A stretch of 64,000 bases of DNA, taken from NCBI GenBank assembly GCA_021513715.1, contig CP084167.1:864001-928000 (forward strand). Direction: 5' to 3'. The stretch comes from Candidatus Heimdallarchaeum endolithica (lineage in GTDB: Archaea > Asgardarchaeota > Heimdallarchaeia > Heimdallarchaeales > Heimdallarchaeaceae). A program made the position numbers and the translations under genes. Shown here piece after piece: positions 51,895 to 61,888 of this stretch. How positions within the stretch are numbered: the stretch's first letter is position 1; every line of letters starts with the position of its first letter. A model generated the notes under the pieces. The model saw nothing but the letters and a program-made list of their open reading frames with translations. It was not told the origin of the DNA and made no database searches.

Positions 51895-52500
51895 TCACCT
51901 CACCAACTTATCTGAAACTCTAATAAAATAGGGTTTAGAAACATAAGACACATCTTCGCTCTCTAAAAAATCAATATCTGTGTCAGATTCATCACAGATA
52001 GGGCAATCCATCTTAATAATAGGTTTTTCACCAAGTTTCATGTAAAATTTCAAATGAGTCTTACAGTTTTTACAATAAAATAGATTCTTAACTTCCTCTT
52101 TTACATCTTCTGGAATCTGTTTTAGTAAATGCTGCCCTTGAGGTGTAATTCTATATGCTGTTACGAAACCATGCTTTGCAGTACTTAGTCTGATCTTTTC
52201 CAGAATGTCTAACTCTCTTAAATCTTCTATATCATCCACACCTTCATAACTAATATTACAACTATAACAACTTCTACCAAAAAATTGAACAGAAGTTGGA
52301 GCATAATCATAAGTTTTGTATGACCCCTTTATAATCTGGTAATAAATTACAGCAAGTAAAGGTAATTCTTTAATCCAAATTCGCTTTCCATTTTGAATAA
52401 ACGAATCATCATCTGTTCCAGAAACCCACTTTAACAGATAATCTATTGTGTACAATAATAATTGTTGATCTCTAGTTAATTTTTTAATTTCGACATCCAT
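51895..52500 (-). CDS. Winged-helix-like protein with C-terminal zinc ribbon
   Basis: YDYAP, DLRE..IL, AYRIT..G (wHTH wing); CKNC...CPIC. Confidence 0.65.
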   Translation of the reverse strand: MDVEIKKLTRDQQLLLYTIDYLLKWVSGTDDDSFIQNGKRIWIKELPLLAVIYYQIIKGSYKTYDYAPTSVQFFGRSCYSCNISYEGVDDIEDLRELDILEKIRLSTAKHGFVTAYRITPQGQHLLKQIPEDVKEEVKNLFYCKNCKTHLKFYMKLGEKPIIKMDCPICDESDTDIDFLESEDVSYVSKPYFIRVSDKLVR

Positions 52501-52628
52501 TTTTAGCTAGTCTAATGAAGCATTAAGCCTATAAAATGTTTTGGTGGATTTTTCTACAAAACTTCAGAACAGCAAGTTTCAGTATTTTAATAGACAGAAT
52601 TACAAATTAGTACAAAATTAATAGGAAA

Positions 52629-52982
52629 TTAAAAAAAATGGAGATTATCTGAACGAAATGGCTTTCCAATAAAGACAATCCCTGCAAATAAACAAGAAGC
52701 AATTTCCAAAAGTGAGATAATTCTAAAATAGATATCACTTGCTCCTAAAGCATCTCCAAATACAAATTGGCTAGTATCTCTAAAATATGAGATATACAGA
52801 TTGAAAGCTAAAATATAGAGAAGTGTTTCACCAATAATGATTAAATCAAGTAGTAAACCTGTATTTTTTGTATCTCTTATTACACTTATAACATATGATA
52901 AGCAGCTAGTAACTAAAAAGAGATTCCTTTTCTTGCTTTGGTGCAATTTGTGTTTGAATCTTTGATTTTTCTTGAATGTCAA
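52629..52982 (-). CDS. Small membrane protein (3 TM)
   Basis: Three hydrophobic segments. Confidence 0.5.
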   Translation of the reverse strand: MTFKKNQRFKHKLHQSKKRNLFLVTSCLSYVISVIRDTKNTGLLLDLIIIGETLLYILAFNLYISYFRDTSQFVFGDALGASDIYFRIISLLEIASCLFAGIVFIGKPFRSDNLHFF

Positions 52983-53223
52983 AGTCCTTTTCTATTGATA
53001 TAAAAAACACAATAAAGGTCTTTATTAAACAATAAATTTGTTAACAATAAAAAATTTGTGGAAAAAAATGCGATTTACTAGTTCTACTCTTATGTTTCTT
53101 TTAACATACTTGAAAGTAAGATTTAGAAACAATATTTTTTGAAAAATGTGATAGTACAACTCTTTTCAGTTAATTTTATAATACAGTGTTTCTCTTTCCT
53201 TTATGCACTTTTGAGTTGATAAT

Positions 53224-54723
53224 ATGAAACTAAACCTTAACAAACTTCAAAGAAAAGAAAATGGTCAAGTTCGAATCGGTGTTCTAATAAGTGGAACAGG
53301 AATAGGAGTATTTATGGCTTCACTTGACGCTACTGTTGCAGTAATTCTACTTGAACTAATCAGAGCAGATTTCAATGTTAGCCCAAATAGAATTCAGTGG
53401 GTTGTTTTAAGCTATTTATTAGTAATGATGGCGTTTACTATTATTGCTGGAGATCTAGGTGACAAAATAAGCAATAAACATATTTTTCAATTAGGGATGT
53501 TTATTTTTGCTATAGGTTCTTTTCTTTGTTTTCTTTCGCATAGTTTAATGTTTTTAATTTTTGCTAGAGCTATTCAGTCTTTAGGAGCTACGGGGATGAT
53601 AGCTAATGGTATTGCTCTAGTTACACGTTTTACAACGAGAAATAATAGAGGAAAAGCAATGGGATTAAGTAACCTAATAATTTCTGTTTCTGTTATTTCA
53701 GGCCCTTTGCTTGGTGCTTTAATAACTCATTATTATAGTTGGAGAGTAGTCTTTCTAATTAATGTCCCTATAGGTTTAGTTGGACTGATTTGGGGACAAT
53801 TTGCAATTCCAGAGACACCTTCATTAAAAAAAGAAAAAAAAGCAGATTATATAGGATCTTTATCTTTTGCTTTGTTTTTGACTTTATTCATGTTAAGTTT
53901 AAGTTTATTTGTTGAAGAAATAGTTCCTAACTCACAAACTTATGCAATAATAAGTCTTGTTGGGAGTGTCATTTTTTTCCCAATCTTTATCTGGTGGGAA
54001 AGGAGACATAATAATCCCCTAATCGACCTAAAATTGTTAAAAAATAGAAAGATAGGTTTTGGATTAATAACAGCAGTGATGAAGCATCAAGGTTACATAA
54101 TCATACTTTATCATCTTAATATTTACCTCCAAGCAATACATATTGCAGCAAGAATAGATAATATTGAGCTTCCTTCAATAATTGTTGTAGGATTAATTAT
54201 TTCTGGTTTGCCTGTAGGAATGGCAATAATGGCTGTAATTTCAGGGTATCTTTCAGATAAAATAGATGCGCGATATTTATGTACAGCTGCTATTTTGGGC
54301 GTTGTGTTAATGCTAATTTTGTTGTTTATTTTCTTATCAGTTAATGCACCTATATGGTTCTATGTAATCGTTACCACTGTAATAGGAGTTTGTATAGGGT
54401 TATTTCAATCACCAAACATAAATTCAGTCATGTCTGCAGCACCAAAAGATAAAGTAGGGGTAATTAGTGGTCTTCATGGATTAACAACCAGTATTGGAAT
54501 AAGTTTAGGAACAGCTATTTCTACAGCAGTATTAACCTTAGGAGGAACAATCATAGCAAGTAGTAAAGGAATACAAGTGGGCAATATTGTAGACACCCCA
54601 GAAGTCTACGTTCTTGCTCTTCGTTGGATGTTCCTATTTTTTGCAGTAATAACATCTTTTGGTGCAGTTATTTCATATCTTCGGGGGCCAGAAAATAGAG
54701 ATAAGGAAGATAAGGAAAAATAG
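53224..54723 (+). CDS. MFS transporter, DHA2 (EmrB/QacA-like)
   Basis: FMASLDAT, GDLGDK, ARAIQ, GP.LG, FLINVPIG; 14 TM. Confidence 0.92.
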   Translation: MKLNLNKLQRKENGQVRIGVLISGTGIGVFMASLDATVAVILLELIRADFNVSPNRIQWVVLSYLLVMMAFTIIAGDLGDKISNKHIFQLGMFIFAIGSFLCFLSHSLMFLIFARAIQSLGATGMIANGIALVTRFTTRNNRGKAMGLSNLIISVSVISGPLLGALITHYYSWRVVFLINVPIGLVGLIWGQFAIPETPSLKKEKKADYIGSLSFALFLTLFMLSLSLFVEEIVPNSQTYAIISLVGSVIFFPIFIWWERRHNNPLIDLKLLKNRKIGFGLITAVMKHQGYIIILYHLNIYLQAIHIAARIDNIELPSIIVVGLIISGLPVGMAIMAVISGYLSDKIDARYLCTAAILGVVLMLILLFIFLSVNAPIWFYVIVTTVIGVCIGLFQSPNINSVMSAAPKDKVGVISGLHGLTTSIGISLGTAISTAVLTLGGTIIASSKGIQVGNIVDTPEVYVLALRWMFLFFAVITSFGAVISYLRGPENRDKEDKEK

Positions 54724-54812
54724 TTAAAGTCGATATTTGAAAAACTTTTAAACAGTTGAAAAAAATTAATAAATATTGATAAACCAATGAAAAAATAAAT
54801 AAAAAGTGTAAT

Positions 54813-55283
54813 TTGATGAGAGGGGTATTTCTTGCTTTAGAAAAAGAGAACAAGTTTGAGTATTATTTCAAACCAGAAAAAATCATAGATGAGATAAAAT
54901 GGACAGAGTTAAAGATTCAACAATTACATGAACAAGGAATGAATAATGAATTTTTTTCTATAAGTTTTCACAATTATCAAATAGCAGGACAGTTTTTTAC
55001 TTTAAAAAATAATAAAAGCAAGAAGCATTTAATTGGTTTTTTATTAAATGAAAATACAAATCCGATATTGTATAGAAGTCTAATAAACTCTCTTATCTCA
55101 TTTGTTAATTCATTAATAATAACAAACGAAGATGCTATTTTTGAAGAAATATTAGAAGATTTAACTAAACTAATAGAAAAACAATGTACAACAATTACTG
55201 TAAATAACCACAAGAAGAAACTATGTATTGAAAACAAAAAAACACTTTATGAAACATTAAGAGAGAATTTGTGGGCTTTTTAA
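54813..55283 (+). CDS. Hypothetical protein, possible longin/uDENN-like fold
   Basis: Beta-alpha-beta pattern with KKHLIGFLLNENTNP..YR..I; weak assignment. Confidence 0.45.
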   Translation: MMRGVFLALEKENKFEYYFKPEKIIDEIKWTELKIQQLHEQGMNNEFFSISFHNYQIAGQFFTLKNNKSKKHLIGFLLNENTNPILYRSLINSLISFVNSLIITNEDAIFEEILEDLTKLIEKQCTTITVNNHKKKLCIENKKTLYETLRENLWAF

Positions 55284-55343
55284 TTACTTCAATGATCAGT
55301 CAAGAAAGTATAGAAAAATGGATATAGGAAAAAGCTTACTAAT

Positions 55344-57149
55344 GTGTTTAAAAAATCATTTTATATGAGTGAAAACGTTATTAAATGGAATCTGAAAGAT
55401 TTTTTTGATTCAATAGATGATCCACAAATAGAAAAAACAATATCAGAAATAGAAGAAAAACTAGATGATTTTGTAAAGAGAGCTAAAGGAAACTTACAAA
55501 AAATTGAACCTAAAAAACTAAAAGAATTTTTTAAAGAATATGAAGAAATAAATGAAAAAAGTTTCTATCTATCAGTTTATTCATATCTTGTATATTCAAC
55601 CAACTCAATTAATGAAGAAGTAAAATCATTTTATGCCAAAATAGATGAATTTACAAGCAAAGTTTCTGAAAAAACACTTTTCTTTGAACTTGAACTAAAC
55701 ACTATTTCTGATGAAGATTTTAAAAAACTGGTTGAAGCTCCTGAACTTAAAGAATATAAACACTTTTTAGAATTTAATAGGTTACAAAAACCTCACCAAC
55801 TCTCTGAAAAAGAAGAGCAGATCATTATTATGAAGGATCTTGTGGGCTCAAAGGCGTTCAATAAATTATACACTGAAATTGTCTCTAGGTTCAGTTTCCA
55901 ATTTGAATTAGATGGAGAAATAAAAACATTAACAGGACCACAGCTTATTTCCTTACTTCAACATAAAGACAGAGAAGTAAGAAAAAGAGCTTTACTTACT
56001 TATGTTGAAGCTTATAAGAACAACGAACTTGTTCTGACTCATATATATAACAACGTAATCAAGGATTTTGATCTAGAAACAAAAAAACGTAACTATGAAA
56101 AACCTGTTCAACTCAGAAATCTAGAAAATGAAGTAGAAGATGAGATAGTAGAAGCACTAGAAAAAGCTACAACAGAAAGCTACAAACCTTTAGTAGAGCG
56201 CTATTACAACCTAAAAAAGAATATTCTAGGTTACGATGATTTGCATATGTATGACATTTATGCTCCTGTAGGAAATATAAATAAAAAATATGAATACGAA
56301 GAAGCAATAGAAATAATAAAACAAGCAACAGAAAACTTTGATCCAGAGTTTAAAGAAATTGTTGAAAATATGGTCAAAAAAGGACACATAGACCTCACTC
56401 CAAGAAAAGGTAAAGAAGGAGGAGCTTATTGTCATTATGGAAAACTAAAGAATTATCCATTTGTTTTCGTAAACTATACAAAAACTATTGATTCTGTTTT
56501 AACACTAGCACATGAGCTTGGACATGCAATACACTTTTACTACACATTAAAAAACCAAAATTATGTAAATATTTTTCCAACAATACCTATGGCAGAAATA
56601 GCTTCAGTCTTCTGCGAGATAATGACTTTTGATTATCTAATTAACCAAGATCTAACAAAAGAAGAAAAAATAGCTTTACTATGTACCCATCTAGAAGGGA
56701 ATTTTGCAACATCTCACAGACAAAACGCGTTTTATAGATTCGAAAAACAAATACATGAACTAATGAGCAAGAAACTCCCAAGCACAAAAGACTATGTAGA
56801 CATTTTCACAAATGAAATGCAGCTAATGTTTGGGAATGCAGTAGAAAAAATAAAAGAAGAATATTCGCATTACGCTTTCGTAGTAAATCATTTCTTGCAC
56901 ACACCTTTCTATGTCTATGCATATAATATGTCTAATCTAATGGTAATAGCTCTATATCAACTATATCTAGAAAAAGGAAAAGAATACTTTATTCCAAGAT
57001 ACAAAAAATTACTTTCATCAGGAGGATCAACAACACCACAAGAAATGCTAAAACAATTCGATATAGACCTGAAAGACGCTGAATTCTGGAAAAAAGGATT
57101 AAAGTATTTAGAAAATAAAATAGATGAATTAGAAAAACTAATTCAATAA
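55344..57149 (+). CDS. pepF: Oligoendopeptidase F (M3B)
   Basis: WNL, GKEGGAYC, TLAHELGHAIH, AEIAS.F.E and HF...FYVYAY motifs. Confidence 0.92.
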   Translation: MFKKSFYMSENVIKWNLKDFFDSIDDPQIEKTISEIEEKLDDFVKRAKGNLQKIEPKKLKEFFKEYEEINEKSFYLSVYSYLVYSTNSINEEVKSFYAKIDEFTSKVSEKTLFFELELNTISDEDFKKLVEAPELKEYKHFLEFNRLQKPHQLSEKEEQIIIMKDLVGSKAFNKLYTEIVSRFSFQFELDGEIKTLTGPQLISLLQHKDREVRKRALLTYVEAYKNNELVLTHIYNNVIKDFDLETKKRNYEKPVQLRNLENEVEDEIVEALEKATTESYKPLVERYYNLKKNILGYDDLHMYDIYAPVGNINKKYEYEEAIEIIKQATENFDPEFKEIVENMVKKGHIDLTPRKGKEGGAYCHYGKLKNYPFVFVNYTKTIDSVLTLAHELGHAIHFYYTLKNQNYVNIFPTIPMAEIASVFCEIMTFDYLINQDLTKEEKIALLCTHLEGNFATSHRQNAFYRFEKQIHELMSKKLPSTKDYVDIFTNEMQLMFGNAVEKIKEEYSHYAFVVNHFLHTPFYVYAYNMSNLMVIALYQLYLEKGKEYFIPRYKKLLSSGGSTTPQEMLKQFDIDLKDAEFWKKGLKYLENKIDELEKLIQ

Positions 57150-57515
57150 CTCACTTTTTTTATTGAAAAATCTAACTTTTGTACTATTTTTTCTTTTTAT
57201 TGCAAAGGCTTTTTTGAGTTATATTCTTCTAATAAGGGGTTCTATACAAAAAGCTACCACCTTTACGGCAGTGGAAAAAAGGTAAGCTTCCAGTGGAATA
57301 GCACTAAAAATAATACGCTTTTTAAATGCTTTTTCCAGCAAAGAACAATAATATCTAAAAGTAAATTAAAAATCATAAATGCTGTTTATTCAATTATTTT
57401 GCTTTTATCCATTTTTGACCATTTATAATAAAAAATCAAGATATATCTAAAGGGTCTAATTCTAACAAAGAAGACCTCTTTCAATAAATAATTTTGGATT
57501 TTTTCAATTTTTAAC

Positions 57516-58478
57516 TTATTCATATTTTTCCTTTTTGCTTTTCTTAATTTGCCAAAATATTCTATTATTATATTCAACACGTTTTATTTTCTCTTTTTTC
57601 TCCATTTGCAAAAGTAAATCCATAATCTCATTCTTTGATACATTAGGGAATAGTGTAAATATTTGATCCTCTCTTAATGGATGCCTTTGTGTAATTTCTA
57701 AGATTATTTTTTCTGGTGAAGAATTTTTATCTATGTTTTCTACTAATAATTGATCATAGTGAGCAATACTTTCAGCATTTAGTATTCTTAATGCTTCTTG
57801 TAGTCTTTCTGTTAGTGGAATTTTCACCCATTTCTCTGCAGGTGGTCTTATAGGGACATTAATGAATATTTTATCTGGTTGAATTTTATCAAAAATTCTT
57901 TTTAGAACTTTTAATGTATTATCATCATCATTAAGATCTTTGACAAGCATTAGTTCCAACCATAGTTGACCTGAAAAAATTTTTCTAAACTTAATCATAC
58001 CTTCTGTTATTTTATCTAAGTCAAGTTCTTTTCTAGGTCGATTAATTCTTTTAAATAGCTCTTTGTTTGGAGCATCTAAAGTAGGTAAAACAAAATCTGC
58101 TTTACTAATTTCTTTTCTCACTTCTGCTTCACATAATAAAGCTCCATTAGTAATAACTGCAATAGGTATTTGACTAATCTTCTTAAGTTCACTTATTAGT
58201 TCTCCTAATCCCTTGTATAGAGTGGGTTCACCGTCTCCCACTATTGTTATAACATCAATGTCTAATTTTTCTAGAAGAGCTCTTCTTACTTCATCAACTA
58301 TATCTAATACAGGATAGAACATCTTTCTTGTATTGGTATAATTTGTTGTTCTCCCTAATTGACAGTAAACACAGCTAAAGTTACAAGTTTTTGATGGAAT
58401 AGGGCTGATTCCCAATGAACGCCCTAATCTTCTAGAAGGAACAGGTCCGAAAACATATTTATATTCTTGCTTACTCAT
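57516..58478 (-). CDS. Radical SAM Fe-S oxidoreductase (COG0731-like)
   Basis: FGPVPSRRLGRSLGI, CNFSCVYC, GEPTL and RPPAE motifs. Confidence 0.88.
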   Translation of the reverse strand: MSKQEYKYVFGPVPSRRLGRSLGISPIPSKTCNFSCVYCQLGRTTNYTNTRKMFYPVLDIVDEVRRALLEKLDIDVITIVGDGEPTLYKGLGELISELKKISQIPIAVITNGALLCEAEVRKEISKADFVLPTLDAPNKELFKRINRPRKELDLDKITEGMIKFRKIFSGQLWLELMLVKDLNDDDNTLKVLKRIFDKIQPDKIFINVPIRPPAEKWVKIPLTERLQEALRILNAESIAHYDQLLVENIDKNSSPEKIILEITQRHPLREDQIFTLFPNVSKNEIMDLLLQMEKKEKIKRVEYNNRIFWQIKKSKKEKYE

Positions 58479-58810
58479 TAATTATTAAATCTTAAATTTA
58501 TTAATATCTCTTTATGTATAACAAAAAACATCTTTCGCATTTTTGATTATCGAAAGGTCCTTTCAATTCCCTCTGTATTACAAATATTTACACTAGCAAT
58601 ACTTTTGAGATTTTTCTCACTTGTTTTGAATATTATTTCTCTTTTCTAAATCTTTTTTTTTATTTTTTTAATATCTGAATAAATATCAGATTATTTACAG
58701 AAAAAAAATTTTTTAATGGTCTTATTTTATTAGGAATTGGCGTTCTTTTTTGTAGTAAAAAAACAAATAAAACACTAATATTTAAAGTATCATGGAAAAA
58801 GGTTAGTTAA

Positions 58811-59344
58811 ATGACAAAAACAATTAATACTTGCAAGATTGTTATTGTTGGCGATAAAGGAGTGGGAAAAACATCACTAGTCCATAGCCTAGTCGGGAAA
58901 GAAAAAATAATTAAAATTACTCCTGGGGTGAAAATAGAAAATATGCTAGTAGATTTAGGTGAAAATATTACTGCAGACGTTGTTTTCTGGAATTTAGAAG
59001 AAGATCCTCATTTTAGATTTTTTCAACAAGATGTTCTAGAATGTCCAAATATTGTCTTATTAGTATATGATCTAAACAACTTTAGTTCTTTATTACACTT
59101 AGAAAATGAATGTTTTCCAATGTTTGAGAAAAATGACACATTAAAAAAATCTACACCGATTCTGATTGGTAATAAAATTGATCTAGGACAATCAATAAAT
59201 GATAAGGTAATAGAAGATTTTATACAAAAATATGGAATTCCATCTTTCAAAATTTCTGTTAAAGAAAAAATCAACATTGAAGAAGTAGCTAACGCAACAA
59301 TTGAGATAGTAAAGTCTTATTATAAGAAGAAAAAACAAAGTTAA
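58811..59344 (+). CDS. Rab/Roc-like small GTPase with degenerate G3
   Basis: GDKGVGKT and GNKID are present, but WNLEED replaces WDxxG. Confidence 0.8.
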   Translation: MTKTINTCKIVIVGDKGVGKTSLVHSLVGKEKIIKITPGVKIENMLVDLGENITADVVFWNLEEDPHFRFFQQDVLECPNIVLLVYDLNNFSSLLHLENECFPMFEKNDTLKKSTPILIGNKIDLGQSINDKVIEDFIQKYGIPSFKISVKEKINIEEVANATIEIVKSYYKKKKQS

Positions 59345-59908
59345 CTAATTGATTTATTGTCAAACATTGTTTAGTCATTCATTTCATATTTTATAGCAAT
59401 ATTGATTTTTATTTGAGTATTTTTCTGTATAGGATCATAGTTTCCTTGAGCCATTGCTATAATAAATTATAGAGAAATAGTTTATTCAATAATAATAGTT
59501 TGTTCATCAGCACCTTTCTTTTCAATTTCACATATTTTTTTAACTATAGTAAAGATGAATGTCTAAAAAAAAATTTGGGACAAATTAAAAGAAAGTAACT
59601 ATTTTGGATATTTTTTCTTGTTTTTTTGTAATTTATTTATTATAGCTTCTTCTAAATTTATTCCTAGGATTTCAGAAAGAGCGAATAAATATATTGCCAC
59701 ATCTGCAAGCTCGTCAGATAAATTATTCTTATATTGCTCACTAGTTAATTCGTTAAATATTTCTTCATCTGTTTTCCACTGAAAAAGCTCAAAAAGTTCT
59801 GCTAACTCTATTGAAATAGATAAAGACAGATTCTTTGGTGTGTGATATTTTTTCCAATCTCTCTCGTCTGTGACTTCTCCCACCTCTGAAGAGGGTGGGC
59901 TTCTCGAT

Positions 59909-61120
59909 TTATGTTGGACATACATTTGTTGACCTCCATATCGACGGTACAGCCACTGCACCAATACTCTTCGACAAGTTGTTGTCTTGGAGATACTTTT
60001 TCAGGATGTTTCGTGCCCCGTTCTGGTCTGCGTTCAATGTTGTATTACAGTTTTTGCAGACGTATAGGCCACGGTGTTTCCTATTGCTTTTACGTTTTGT
60101 TCCACACACACTACAAGTTTGGCTTGTATATTGTTCGCTCACCTTTTCTACCCGTATGCCAGACAACCGTGCCTTATGGGTTATCTGTTTGGTGAGTTTG
60201 TTGAACGACCAACTGTGTAGTTTCTGTCCAGATTTCTTGTTCCAATGTTTTCCTTTCCTGATGTTCTTTATGTCTCCTATCACTATTGTTCCAACCTTGT
60301 TCTTTTTTGCCTCCTCCACCACACTCTTTGATGTAGTATGGAGTATCTGGTTTACCTGTTGCTTCTTCTTTCTATGCATCCGCCCTATCGCTTTACTGGT
60401 TTTCTTTCCGTGTTGTTCCATCGTTGCTCGTTGAACACGTGCTATTTCCTTATTGAAATAGTGTTGGACTGCCAATGCTTGTCCACCACTATATATCGTG
60501 GAGTTCCCATTGGTATCAACGGTTGTTGCGAGATTAACTATACCCAAGTCCACCCCCATAATTCCATCATCGCTTGTATAAGGTGGCTCTTCTACTTCAT
60601 ATACAACATGAACCATCCATTTCCCATCTCGACATAGGATGGTTGCCATCTTCGCTATACCTTCTATCTCCCTCCATAGTGTTAGTTTGAACTGGAGTTT
60701 CTTTATGCCTGTCTCTTTACGATATTTTCTACTCATACTGAACCTTATAGTGTCACCATCCAGTTTGAATTGTTGGTAGAATATCAATGGCGACAACTTT
60801 TCCTTGGGTCTGAACCCCGGGGGGTGTGCTTTATCATCGGTTTTACGCAGTCTATACCAACTATTATATGCTTCTTGAAGTTCCTTACAAACTCGTTGAG
60901 CCGTCTGGCTTGGTAACAGTTGATACCAATGGTTCTTCCGCAGTAACTTTTTCTGTTCATACCAACTTGGTATCTCCCCTGTCTCCTTCCATGCCTTCCT
61001 CCGCTTATAATTATCTGTGTTATACAACTTGGTAGCATAAAACCCCAAATCACATAGTGTTGTTTCTTGTTTGGGTGTTGGATATATTCGATACTTGATA
61101 CACTGCTTCAAATATATCAC
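59909..61120 (-). CDS. tnpB: RNA-guided endonuclease TnpB (rearranged RuvC-II type)
   Basis: KYRIYPT, RuvC-I GVDLG, IVIGD, VSEQYTSQTCSVC, CKNC and RuvC-III NADQNGARNI motifs. Confidence 0.93.
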   Translation of the reverse strand: MIYLKQCIKYRIYPTPKQETTLCDLGFYATKLYNTDNYKRRKAWKETGEIPSWYEQKKLLRKNHWYQLLPSQTAQRVCKELQEAYNSWYRLRKTDDKAHPPGFRPKEKLSPLIFYQQFKLDGDTIRFSMSRKYRKETGIKKLQFKLTLWREIEGIAKMATILCRDGKWMVHVVYEVEEPPYTSDDGIMGVDLGIVNLATTVDTNGNSTIYSGGQALAVQHYFNKEIARVQRATMEQHGKKTSKAIGRMHRKKKQQVNQILHTTSKSVVEEAKKNKVGTIVIGDIKNIRKGKHWNKKSGQKLHSWSFNKLTKQITHKARLSGIRVEKVSEQYTSQTCSVCGTKRKSNRKHRGLYVCKNCNTTLNADQNGARNILKKYLQDNNLSKSIGAVAVPSIWRSTNVCPT

Positions 61121-61888
61121 ACTCCCTTCTGTTCTTCAATATATTTCTGAATGGTCTTATCCAATACGTGACCGTGAGTTGATATAAAATATCTCCATGT
61201 CCATAGTGTTGGCAATCGTGTAGTCAGTTCTTTGAACTCTCTACGAAGTTCGTGTGAAGTATAGCCCTTTATCTTGCCAATTATCTTATTCGGCGTTAAT
61301 TCAGGGTCGCCCTGTATGAATAGATGAACATGGTCTGGCATAACCTCCAATGTAATAACCTTGCAACCCATCATCTCTGCTCTCTCATATACCAATTCTT
61401 TCAACCTATCTGCCACATCTCCAACCAATACCTTCCTACGATATTTAGGGCACCATACAAAATGGTATCCTATGAAATGGACGTTTGTGAGGTTCGCATC
61501 ATATCCCGATGAGTCGAAATTTTAATTAATTTCTTCAGGACTCTACCCAATCAGTCAACAAATATGTCGTAATTTTGAAGACTGGTTTAAGAGAACATGA
61601 AAGACACAGTCTTAATTTAGTTCTCTAATGGGTTCATCTCCTGATCCAGGGCACTCATAATTCCCACAGGGAAGACCGGGTGTCGTAGGAATGAAACCTA
61701 CGTCTTTAAGCATCTAGCTCAAGACAAATAATCAATGAGAATTGAGTATATTAAGATCACTGAAAAGTTGTGACGCTCACCAATATCTTGCATTCTTTAT
61801 TATTGAAATGTGATTCTGATTGTTATTGGTTTAATAACTCCTCTAACTAAAAATTTAGCTTTTTACGTAAAAAAGAATTCTATGGCAT
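61117..61888 (-). pseudogene. tnpA: IS200-type Y1 transposase TnpA interrupted at codon 2-3 by a 376-bp insert
   Basis: Removing 61505-61883 yields 130 aa: MPYDANLTNVHFIGYHFVWCPKYRRKVL...DHVHL...KG..S...LW...YIEEQ. Confidence 0.88.
61505..61880. mobile_element. 376-bp non-coding, TIR-less structured insertion flanked by TAT direct repeats
   Basis: TAT at 61502-61504 and 61881-61883; no ORF of 60 aa or more; many stem-loops; excision restores tnpA exactly. Confidence 0.8.

Noticed and set aside
57250-57300. AAGCTACCACCTTTACGGCAGTGG, resembling a decayed IS200/IS605 end
   Set aside because: Stem is poor and there is no partner end or transposase remnant; too weak to call
61505-61880. Group I or group II intron interpretation of the insert
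   Set aside because: No GUGYG start or domain V; I could not place a group I P7 (the GAGTC segment pairs locally); no register gives both a 5'-exon U and a terminal G. Not fully excluded without RT-PCR
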